DNA of 64,000 bases from Octopus vulgaris (Eukaryota), in NCBI GenBank assembly GCA_951406725.2, contig OX597822.1:47926001-47990000 (forward strand). Direction: 5' to 3'. The position numbers and the translations under genes were made by a program. The notes beneath the pieces are model-generated. The model did not search any database, was not told the origin of the DNA, and worked only from the letters and a program-made list of their open reading frames with translations. Positions 49,378-62,200 of this stretch are shown piece after piece; the first letter of the stretch is position 1, and each line of letters starts with the position of its first letter.

Positions 49378-52300
49378 CATGTGAAGTGAATGGGGATAGT
49401 AAGACGTGGTGATGGTGGTGGAGAAATAATTTCATGGCCCAGAGGGAAGGAGAACAGTATTAATGCATGAAGGATGGTAAAAAAGGTCAAGTTCCTTCTT
49501 GAGCCATGCCGACTCATAAAGGCCAGTTTTCCGGTTTCCATGGCGTATATATTCCCCTCCTGGATGGGGTGCCAGTCCATCGCAGGGTTACTCATTTTTG
49601 CCAGCTGAGCAGATTGGAGCAACGGGAAATGAAGTGTTTTGCTCAGAAATACAACACATCGGCTGGTCCAGGAATTGAAACCACAATCTTACCATCATGG
49701 GCCCAACACCCTAACCATTAAGCTGTGCTCCTCCATGATGGAGGATGGGTAACAAGTGAAAAAACTTCTGGGCAGTAAGGAAAGGAAATGGTATCAAGGA
49801 AGAACTGTAGTAGGAGTGGACTGAGTGGGGACAATCAATTGCAAGTTGGATTGCAACTACTTGTTTGGCTGACTATTAGAGGTGATCTGGAGCAGTACAC
49901 AGCTAATCAAATGGGTTCAATAAATAACTAGAATGATGATTAGGAATTAAAAGCAGATCTCGTAAAATAAATATTATCAGTCGCACATACATAGTGTGTG
50001 TTTTCTTTATATATCGTGTAGGGAGCTTTCCCTGGATGCTATCCCACAGCATATTTAGCATATGTATAACTATAACAGTGTTGAGAAAGAGAAAGACTAT
50101 GAGATTGAGAACATTTAATGAATATAAGTATTTAACGAAATTAAAAACAGATTTCTCAGGCTTTTTCTTCCAATTCACCACATCCAATAATTTTGTCAAA
50201 GCCCTTAGAAGAATATATTGTAAAATGATTGGCATACAAACAAAGCACACACTGTGTGTGTGTGTGAGAGCTATGATGATGGTATAAATTTGGAACTAAA
50301 TATCAAACTTTATGAATTCGTTGTGGTTACTAAAAGAATATAGACTTTGTTTCCAATAAACAAGAAAACTAGGTTAAGGTCACCCTTTCTGGACCAAAAA
50401 GATCAATAAAGCTGATTTCTACAGAGATTGTTGCAATATTTCTACAGTCGAAAGTGTCATCATACAGAAATCAATCGGAGTTGAAACACCACAACAACAT
50501 ACAGACCAATTCTTTTTGAGTCAATTAGGGAGCTTCTGTGTAGTTGTTCAGTCTTCTGGAAATAGCTTCCATTTATTCCTCCATCAAAAATCATAACCTG
50601 GCTGTTTTAAATGATATAATTCTAGAAATATTATGATTTGGAAATTGTAGTTGGATACCTGTGCCAGTGGCACATAAAAAGCATCATCCGAACGTGGCTG
50701 ATGCCAGCGTCGCCTTAACTGGCTTCCGTGCGGTAGCACGTAAAAAGCAACAACTGATCGTGGCCGCTACTAGCCTCCCTTGGCACGTAAAAAGCACCCA
50801 CTACACTCACGGAGTGGTTGGCGTTAGGAAGGGGATCCAGCTGTAGAAACACTGCCAGATCAGACTGGAGCCTGTTGCAGCTTCCTGGCTTCCCAGACCC
50901 CGGTTGAACAATCCAACCCATGCTAGCACGGAAAATGGACGTTAAACGATGATGATGATGAATGGATTACCTTTCACAATAGGTACATTCAATCAGAGCT
51001 GACCTGAGAGCTAAATAAAGACAGATCTATGGATTGCAACTACCTGTTTGGCTGACTATTAGAGGTGATCTGGAGCAGTACCTACTTTACAGCTAAGTGG
51101 ACTGGGCTATTGAGAATCAAAAAAAGTTTAAACCAATAGATAAAATGTAGTGTTTGCAACGAGACATGAGATGCCGACCCTTTATGACTGTCTCCAGCCA
51201 GTCTATTAATAACTTACCTGTACCATCAAGGAAAAGGGTTTTATTTTCGGTGACAATTTTCACGAGGTAGTCTGCAAACCTCAAATCTGTTGTTGTTAGA
51301 TTCAGCTGTTTCTTCAATTCATTGTCATGGAAGTCGATTCGTCCATCGTTTACCTAAGTGGTGGTGGTCGTGTCATGGAGAGAATAAACAAAAGAAATAT
51401 GGTATGCTTAACATATTTTGAAAATAGTAAAAGTAATTGTAAAGACTGAATACAGAAATTTTATTTATTTAATTTTTTAATTAGTTTAGAACTTAGAAAA
51501 GGCAGTGGACATGATTTTTTTTTACAGAGCCATTAAGACCAGCAACAGGGAAGTAACCTTCAGATCAGATGAGTTATCTTCTATACATGCAATGAAGTGG
51601 TGGTGGTGGAAGTAGACTGCTGAGCAAACCTAGGAAACTATGTTGTATATGACTAAGTGATCAGGATATTCAACTCACGATCATAATGTTGTGAGTTCAA
51701 TACCTGGGGGCGTGTTGTATCCCTGAGCAGGATACTTTATTTCATGTTGCTACAGTCAACTCAACTAGCAAAAGCGAGTTGTACCTGTATTTCATAGGGC
51801 CAGACCTGTCACAGTGAATCTCCCTGAGAACTCTGTTAAGGGTAAATGTGTTTGTGGAGCATTCAGCCATTTGTATGTTAATTTCATGAGCAGGCTGTTT
51901 CGTTCATTGGACCAACAGGAGCCTTGTCGTCATTACTGACAGAGTGCCAGTTAAAAAGCAAAAATATTGGCACCGGTTTTTACAAATTACTGAAGCAACA
52001 CAGACACACACTCTCATACGTAACCTTCACATTGTAGATTTACAAATCAATCATAGGTTGATAAGTTAGGTTCTAGAGAAACAATGAAACCCCTGCACAG
52101 TAGATGCAAACACACGTTCTTTGGGTAGGTAGTCCTGCACTCTATCCACTTACCAATCTTTGTCCCAGCCCATTGTTTCTACTCTCTGCAGCAACTTACC
52201 TCTACGACGACATCAGTGAGGTGTTTGCGCTGTTTAAACAATATATTTGTGGCACCAATTACGAAACCCCGCACATTTACATCTTCAAGGAGATCAAAGA

Positions 52301-55300
52301 ACTGCAGCGAGAGATAGGGATGACACAGGCAGCCCTGAAAGGAAAAGAAAGATAAAAGAAAATAAAAATAATGAGATAAAGGATGGGAACAAGGTTTCTA
52401 AAACCAGAATATATGTACACAGAGATATGCAAGAGAAATTACGAGGGGGTGTACAAAATTTGCAAAACCACTGGAATTAGGAGTTTTCAACAACTACTTT
52501 TGAATGGTGTTTCCTCATATTTAGTAAAATAGCTATCTGTATATCATATTTAATGTATATACACTACTGACAGGCTAGTTACTGCAGTATTTGTCCTGAA
52601 ATAACATCTGTTATGGACATGTAGTGTTAAAAACACAATAGATAGATATAGGCGTGGCTGTGTGGTAAGAAATTTGTTTCCCATCCACATGGTTCTGGGT
52701 TCAGTCCCATCACATGGCATCTTTGGCAAGTGTCTTCTACTATAGCCTTGGGCTGACCACAACCATGTCAGTGGATTTTGTAGATAGAAACTGAAAGAAG
52801 CCTTTTGTATGTATGTGTGTGTGTTTGTGTTAGTCTCCCCCCCCCCACACCTAACAAGCAGTGCTGGTGTGTTTATGTTCCTGTAACTTAATGGCTCAGC
52901 AAAAGAGACCGATAGAATAAGTACTTGATTGGTCTGTATTTTATCAACCCTGGAGGGATGAAAAGTAAAGTTGACTTCAGTGATGATGATGATGATGATG
53001 ATAAAGAGTGGTAATTATAAAAAAGAAACATTTCCAGACCTTGGAAAATATTGCCAAAGGGAGACCATATTCATCTGCTTGAAGTGTTGTTGTCATGGCT
53101 ATACCATCCTCTAAGGAATTGCTTTCAATATTCAAAGATGAGGGTTTTTTATTTGACCCCTGGTGGGAATCTTCAGATGGGAGAAATGGATCGTCAGCAG
53201 TGTCTTCTTTGGATTGTGTCAGCGTAGTTGATGAATTTTTCAATGGCATCTCACAGGAATTGTCAGCAGTGGGATGTATTAGTCCAGCTGTGCCACCAGG
53301 GAGCTCAGAAATAGCCTCAATCTTATGTGGCCTGCCATTTTTATCACAGACGCCATTGGTGGTGGAAGTGGTGGTTGTAGCAGTTGATGGATCAGTGGAA
53401 TTGCTTGACACTAGGCATGGAGACCTTTCGCAATCACTCTTTGAATCATGTTCATCATTTATTTCAAGTACAATACGGTCTTCCTCCCATGAGAAGCAAT
53501 CCTCTCGATCAATTTTACTGATTGACTCTGGAGAGTCCAGTTCTTCAATACTCTCACTTCGTTTCAGGTCTTCAGATAAGGTTTCATTTTCGTCAATCTC
53601 CAAGTCTACCTTGAGGCGTCTCTCTGAAGAGCGAGTCTTCCCTTGATCTTTGAGCAAATCATCTTCTGCAACCATGTGACCTAGAGTGGTCTTTGTTGTG
53701 TTATGTAATTCAGCCCTACTGATGACAGGAGATGAAGATCCATCAGCATGGGAGGAAATTCTACAGTTCTGATTGTTGTTATTTAGCAAATCTTTCTCTG
53801 TTGCATCAAGTTCCATTTTTGTCACAGATGAAACAGTTGACACAGAGCTTGAGTGTGAAGCATTGGTGTCTTTTGTGATGGTCATGTCTTTCTGAGATCC
53901 AGCTTCAGTACTGCGTGGCAGAGACATTGCAGTTGTAGGGAATGTGTCTGATGAGGGTAGTGGCGCTGATCTGAATGGACTGCACGGTAAATCTAGCTCG
54001 TCATTCTCGTCACGGACTATCGTCTGATTCTCTGGCTCGGATGCTAAACTCGTGGTTCTTGAAGGTGGTCTGGGGGGGATGGGAATATCACAGTTGGTAT
54101 TTTTGTGGTAGCTGACCTCTAGGAATCCGTCGTCGGATTCCATTTGGTGAAATTTTAATGTTGGTGAGATTTGTCTGTGAGGGGAATAGCAGGCAGATTC
54201 CTTCAGGCCATATTCTATTAAACCTGGATCAAAGAAACAAAGGAAAATATAACAGTAAAAGTTAAAAGAACTCAAATTAATAAAATACAAAATTAAAAGA
54301 GTCATGGGTTTCCATAATTTGGACAATTAGGATTCAAGTGTTTGACCAACAGAATTACCCGTTCCTGAGTTAAAGAAGAAGTGACTGAGTATACCATGTA
54401 TAAAGCACTGGTGCTGGTGCAACATACAAAGCACCCAGTACAGTCTGTAAAGTGGTTGGTGTTAGGAATGGTATACAGCTGTAGAAACTATGCCAAAATA
54501 GACAATTGGAGGTTGGTATAGTTCTCCAGCTTACTAGCTCCTATCATATTGTCCAAACCAGTCTAGCATGATGATGATGATGATGTCTACTCTTCATGTA
54601 ATTCTCTGAGAGAATCAGTGTGACACCTGATGAGTTCTTATGCATCTCCACAATTTCACTCAAAAGATTTGGAATGATCTAACACTATAAAAAATGACAT
54701 TTGCTAAAGATGCCATGAAGTGGGACTGAACCCAGATCCTTATGAGCGTGAAGTGAACTTCTTGACCATTTGCCCATATTGTGCCTATAGAGGAGTCATA
54801 ATCTTTTCTACTCTAGGCACAAGGCCCGAAATTTGGGGGGAAGGGGGCCAGTCGATTAGATTGACCCCAGTACACAACTGGTACTTAATTTATTGACCCT
54901 AAAAGGATGAAAGGCAAAGACAAACTCAGCGAAATTTGAACTCAAAATGTAAAGACAGACGAAATACTGCTAAGCATTTCGCCTGGCCTGCAAACAATTC
55001 TGTCAGCTCGTTGCCTTATAAACCTTTTCTGCTCTAGGCACAAGGCCCAAAATTTGGAGGGAAGGGTGCCAGTCACTTAGATTGACTCCAGTATGCAACT
55101 GGTACTTAATTTATCGACCTTGAAAGGATGAAAGGCAAAGTCAACCTCGATGGAATTTGAACTCAGAATGTAAAGTCAGATAAAATACTGCTAAGAATTT
55201 TGCCCGGTGTGCTAACGTTTCTGCCAGCTTGCTGCCTTAGAGGAGTCATAATAGCTGTTTAAACCCTGCATGTATAGAGTGTTATACTGACTTCTGATTC

Positions 55301-58300
55301 AATCTCTAATGGTACGTGCATCTCACTTGAGCTTCTACAAAGCTCAAGTAAGCAGTTGTTCAAGGATAAGGTCTTATCTATCTTTAAAATCAATGTTACA
55401 TATGTGAGGTTGCACTGATATATCATCACAGACTGTGAGGCCTGGGATTTAGATGAACTTTGATGGGGTTATTTACTGTATTTGATGACTGTAAATGGAT
55501 TACCCTGTGACAGAATAGCCTTCCGCTCAGGGCGAATGTTGGCCTGCTTGCCTAGCCAGTGGGGCGGTATTATTTGAAATCTAAAACAATGTGAAGCACA
55601 TTGTGACCAGTGATGTATAATAGCATATGATTACCAGGTCACACTATGATTTAATGGGATATAAAAGGCCCCCCATTGAAAAAAACAGCAAGGCTCTGGG
55701 TGCTGTAATCTACACTGGATCTATATTATATTCTTTAATGGACTTTTTTTCTTGAATATGCACTGCCGAAATTGGGGTGAGTCTAATACACCTGTTGTGT
55801 GTCTTTTATGCCACCAAGTGCAGTTGATGTTGTTCATGTTGCGGAGATAGGGAAATGCAAGACTTCTTTAGTCATGGTGTTGGAAGAGGTTTTAATATTT
55901 TTTGTTAATAAAATAATGCAAGCCTGACATGAGGTGTCTAGGTTGCATGTGAATGGAAAGTTTGCAAGAAAAAAAAAAGAAACCAAAGAATAAAAGGTGA
56001 CATCATCTGTATAAGAGAGAGAAGGGATGTAACTCGATATCTAAAGGCATAAAGAAGGACTTAACGATGTACTGCAAAGCATCTATCCACCATTCAGCCA
56101 GTTATGTCGTTCTACTGTCCTATTTATGTATTGGGTCATACCATAAATAATAGTTTTTTTTAATACTTCTTTTATTTTTCAAAATTAAGATAAACAATAT
56201 TCGTTTTTAATCTAAAATATACTCTCCTTCATTTTCTAGAATGCTCTGCCATGTATCTGGTAGACTTGACAGGATTTTGTTCCACCAGAGTTTGCAGGAC
56301 AAGACTTGTCTTCTAGACTGTAGTTTTTGGCTTGGAATTTCTGGAACCACTGCTGACACTGGCTTATGCTTATTGTCTGATCCCCATTTACTGCATTAAT
56401 ATTCCTTGCACTTTCTGTTGAGTTGTTGCCTTTATTGAACCCATAAAGCAAAATATGCTGAATATGCTCCTTTGTCACTTCCATTATAGCTTTGCAAAAA
56501 TAATTGTTAAAATCGAACTGCACCCTTCAAAACTTGGACAAAGAGTAAGTACAAGGTAAAATTATTACCTGCTTTTATAACAAGTTGATGCAGGTAATTT
56601 ATCCCATCCCCCTCCAACTTTTAGTTCATGCAATTGCAAAAACAGCATTATTTATGGGATGACCCAATATCATATTTTATTGAAATATGTGGCATCCCCT
56701 AGCAGACAACTGGTACAAGGGAAATAATCATTTTTCCATATTTGGTAGGACTGGAGGTTTGACTTTGAAATTAAAGAATAAAGACTAAGATGCATAGAAT
56801 ACACATGTTTAATTTGTTTTGCTTACTTATTGCAAAGGGCCTTAAATTTCCAGTCTTAGGCAATTATGTACAACACTATTTCATTCTTTTTAGAAGTCAT
56901 CAGCATGACATATAGAGATCTTTTATCTTTTACACCATCATCCTTCCTGTGCAAAGTTGATATTGGTGGGGAGAAATAAATGGAGATCAGTGAAGAAAAG
57001 TAAAGAAATGCAAATGAACTTCAAGATCATACCTGGAAAGAGTGACATGACACCTAACATAGTTTGACACAGCTCTTGGACTGGTTTCCCTGTAAATAGT
57101 ACCTGTAATAATAAATAAATAAATAAATAAATAAAAAATAATTTTGAGGAAAGGACTAGTCAATTACATTGATCCCAGTGTTAAACTTCTTTATCATTCC
57201 CAATACACCAATTACTACTGGTAATATCATAGTGCTAAGCTTCCACATTTTTGTGATTTCAATTTACAGATCTTTATAGTGAGACAGCTTTTCATATTCC
57301 TTTCTTGAGACATTTTGATCTTGTGGGACAGACATGGACAAGTTCCTCTGTTGTAGTCCTTGTTCACAATGTCTGGTTGATTGGAGTCAATTTTTCTGTC
57401 TATTTGTATTGGGAAGTTCCAAAGAATGATGACGCCCTCACCATTTGCTACATCCTCTGGATGGTGCCTGTGCCACTTATTATTATTATTATTTGGTGAG
57501 CTGGCAGAATTGTTAGTGTGTTGAACAAAATGCCTGGCAAGTTTTCTTCCTATTTACTGCATTCTGAGTTCAAATTCTGCCTAGGTCAACTTTGTCTATT
57601 ATCTTTTGGGGGTCAATGAAATAAGTACCAATTAAGGGGCAGATGTAAGCAACAAACCCCACCATTATAAAATTGCTGGCCTTGTGCCAAAATTTGAAAA
57701 TTATTATTGTTGTTGCCACTTGTTCTTCTGCATCAACCCCCTTTAGCCACTTCTTCCACATCGCCCCTCCTTTAGCCACTTCTCCTTCCACATTGCCCCC
57801 CTTAGCCACTTTTCCTTCCGCATCGACCACCCTCCTCATTTAAAATATCTTAATACTCTACCCTACCATACCATATCTTAAATGCGTACCAGGTACTAAT
57901 GCTGGCAATTAAAATATTAGCTAAAATATACATGTTCGGCAAATTAAGAAATTCTATTGAAGATGACACACTTTTTACATATAAAACTACGAATATGAGT
58001 ATACAGCATTAAACTTTTTTTATGAAATTGTTTTCACAGTTAGAAAATGTGAAGAAACACATCATATTGCTGGAATATCTTTTATTAAAATTGACAACAT
58101 CAACGAGAGGGATGAGCATGGTGCTGACTAGGAATTTCAGGCAGTTCATCTGGGTGAGCTGGTCTTTCACACACTGACCCCTTAGCTATCATTGATCCCC
58201 TGTAACTCCTCGCCGACCCCTAGGGAGTCCCTCAGACTCTCTTTGGTGACCCCTGATCTAATATATGGCAGTATGAAAAGGGGACATTAAATGATGATGA

Positions 58301-59194
58301 AGGGGACACATGAACAGAGATCCTGTTAGGTTATATGATAAATATATACAAATTTTCTTTATGCAAGTATATTGAAAATTAATCATTTTTAGTTTGTTTA
58401 TTTCAAACAAATATTGGTCATAGCTCCAACTATTTTCCACTTGGTTATGGAGCACTCTCAGTGAATAACTGATTAAACAAATTAGAATGTGCCATATGAG
58501 GTTCATGTGTGTCTATTTACATTATACATACATATATATATATATAATAGAAATATGTTTCAAAAAGAAAATAGAAACTATATATATATAGTTGAAAGAT
58601 ATCGTTATAGGTATAAATATACCATAATCAAGTATAAAAAAATGGAGGAGAAAAATATGTTGAATCAGAATTAGATTTAATACAAAATTGGATTCAATAC
58701 ACATGCACAATTCACTGTTATTTTTTTCCCCTTTTACAACTTGTTTGTAAATATCTGATTTTTCCCTATTACCCCATCTTTATTCTCCCTTATTGTGTCA
58801 CATTTTTATTTTATTTTATTAAACCTTTTTTTGATGTCCTTTCAAAAATTCCTCACACTGATGAGAATGACAATGCATAAATTTAATTATAATTATTATG
58901 ATTATAATTTTTTCTTGCATATTTGTATTGTGTTTTGAAATGTGTGCATGTATTGAATCCAATTTTGTATTAAATCTAATTCTGATTCAACATCTTTTTC
59001 TCCTCGATTTTTATATACTTGTTTATGGTATATTTATACCTATAATGATATCTTTCAACTATTATTTTCATATTCTTATTACTTGCTCTGGCTGTTTTTT
59101 TTATGAATATGATGAATCTTTATTAGAAATCATTGTTTCTCTCTTTTTGGATCTCTCAAAAGGTTGATTTGTTCTTTTTGAATTTATTTTTTCT

Positions 59195-59231
<37 letters not shown>

Positions 59232-62200
59232 CATCATCATCATCGTTTAACGTCTGCTTTCCATGCTAGCATGGGTTGGATGATTTGACTTTGGACTGGC
59301 AAACCAGATAGCTGCACCAGGCTCCAATCTTGATCTGGCAGAGTTTCTACAGCTGGATGCCCTTCCTAACGCCAACCACTCCGAGAGTGTGGTGAGTGCT
59401 TTTATGTGCCACTGGCACAAGGGCCAGTCAGGCGGTACTGGCAATGACCTTGCCCGAATGTTTTTCATGTTCCACTGGCACAAGTGCCAGTAAGGCAATG
59501 CTGGTAACAATCATGCTCGAATGGTGCCTTTTATGTGCCACCAGCACGGAAGCCACCTAGCCACTCTGGCAACATTCCTTTAATCCTAGGACTTATAAGG
59601 CTGGTTACCCACTTTTCATAAGTGACTAAGATCACAATGGTCACTCTAAATGGGATGCTGGTTCGTTGTTAGGTTGAAGGCCAGCAATTTTGAAAGAAGT
59701 CAATTACATCAAACCCCAGTATATGACTGGTACTGTATCAACCCGCAAAGGATAAAAGGCAAAGTTGACCTCAGCAGGATTTGAACTCAAGACACAAAGA
59801 GCCAGAAGAAATGCTGCTAAGCATTTTGTCCGATGTGCTTAACGATTCTGCCAGCTCACCTGATGATAAAAAGACAGCAAACTTATCCAAAACGGTACTT
59901 TTAGCTTGTACCTTGTTTCCATTAATAAAAATCCCTATCATCACCACCACCATCATCATCATTATCATCATCATCATCATCATCTTACCCGTCGTTCCAG
60001 AAGAAGGAGTTTAAATAAAATGAGGATCTTGTGACGATAAAGTATAACGAGGTCCCGAGCAGGAAGACCTGAAAGCAATGTAGAAGGGAGGTTTTAGTAA
60101 TGACAACTACAACATAATGGTGACAACATCAATAACAACGACAACAACAATAATCATAGTAACAAGAACGGCATCAAAGATCTTGGATTGTCAGATGGTG
60201 TCATTTGCTTTTGCTTTTTCTACATGGCATCCCATTGTCATATGCCCGAAAAAGAGGTAAAATTTAATCAAATTTCCAAAACGATAACCAACACTCTCTC
60301 TCCCTCCTAAGGCAGCCATGTTTCCCATCTAAAGCAAAACTCCTTTTTCTGTAATAAAGATTGTTTGCCAACATAACATGGTAGTCCTGGTTTAGGACTA
60401 ATGTTGCTGTAATTTAGCCCCAGGAGACATTGTTTCCAGCTGGCTACATGACACCATCCGTGTCCTTATATTTTTGAACAAGGGAATCTGGCTAGATTCC
60501 CTTGTTATGTTGGCAAACAATCTTTACTACAAAGTATTGTTGCTGAATGTGGAGGCACATGGCCTAGTGGTTAGAGCAGCGGACTTGCAGTTGAGGAATC
60601 GTGGGTTTGAATCTCAGATTGGATGATGTGAGTTTTTATGAGCAAAACACCTAAGCTCCACGCGGCTCCAGCAGAAGGTAATGGCGAACTTCTGCTGACT
60701 CTTTCGCCACAACTTTCTCTTACTCTTTCCTCCTGCATCTTGCAGCTCACCTGCGTCAGACCAGTGTCCCGTCCAGGTGGAGAACTTATACGTCAAGGAA
60801 ACCGGGAAACCGGCTCTTATGAGCCAGGTGTGGCTTGAGAAGGAACAAACAATTGTTGCTGAATATCTTACGTTGTGATATTTAAAAGACAGTAATTTCC
60901 TTTTTCTGTTCCTCAATACTACTCACATTCCCCAGGTGTGGGGTCATGTCTTGTAAATTACCTGGCGACCTCTATGATACTGGTTTCAAGTAAAAGCGCG
61001 CTCAGTACACTTTGTAAAGTGGTTGGCAGCAGGAAAGGCATCCAGCTTTAGAAACCATGCCAAACACAGACAATTGGAGACTGGTATGGCTCCCAGCTTT
61101 GCCAGCAACTACCAAGCCATCTAATCCATGTCAGTATGGAAAACTGATTTATGATGATGAGGACAACAACGGTGATGATGATGATGATGTAGAAGAATAA
61201 TAGAGCAAGAAAAAAATCATAAAACACTACAATAAAAATATTTTTCACGTTAAGTTAAATAACACTGGAAAGGATTCAAGCAAATGTGTGTGTGTCGGGG
61301 GTAGGGGGGAACGAATTTAACTGACAACTTAATAAAAGAATGTAAACGTATGGCTGTGTGGTAAGAAGTTTGCTTCCCAACCACATGGTTCTGGGTCCAG
61401 TCCCACTGCGTGGCACCTTGGGCAAGTGTCTTCTACTATAGTGTGAGGCTGACCAAAGCCTTGTGATTGGATTTGGTAGACAGAAACTAAAAGAAGCCCA
61501 TTGTATATGTGTGTGTGTCAGTGTTTGTTCTCCCACCATTGCTTGACAACTGATGTTGGTGTATTTATGTCCCCCGTAAATTAGCTGTTTGGCAAAAGAG
61601 ACCGATAGAATAAGTACTAGGCTTACAAAGAATAAGTCCTGGGGTTGATTTGTTTGACTAAAGGCGGTGCTCCAATATGACCGCAGTCAAATGACTGAAA
61701 CCAATAAAAGAATACCGATATATTTCGGAAGATGGTGACTGAATGAGTGATGGGGAATAAGGATTTATTTTCTGAACCAGCTCAATCTTTCTTCACTTCT
61801 ACCTTTAAAATGCTGCCTTATGGAGTTTGGGAACATCTAAGTTGTGACTTGATAAATTCAGCAGTCAAATCTCTCTTTGTATTTAACATAGGGACCTCAT
61901 TAGCAATCATGGATGCCTTAAGTGGTCATGTGACCTGCTAAATGTAAGTTATGTCTCTCTTAACAACTTTTTTTGTGTCCTTAAAATAGGGACCTCATGA
62001 ATTATCAAGGGAGCCTCTAGTTTGTCAGGTGGCCTGCTAAATATAACAGTTAATTGTCTCTCAACAATGTCTCTTATTCGTGCAGCTGCAATTGAGAGGC
62101 GTTTCTCCTCATCACATCCAGAATCTCTGTCCCTCATTATCTTTGGTAAGTCCTCAATTTAATGTTGTGTGTGTCTGCCAATAACATGAGTAATGTTGAG

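Noticed and set aside
52977-54326. 449-aa ORF as a standalone gene
   Set aside because: It is the large AVL9 exon plus intronic read-through at both ends; splice sites are at 54223 and 53040.
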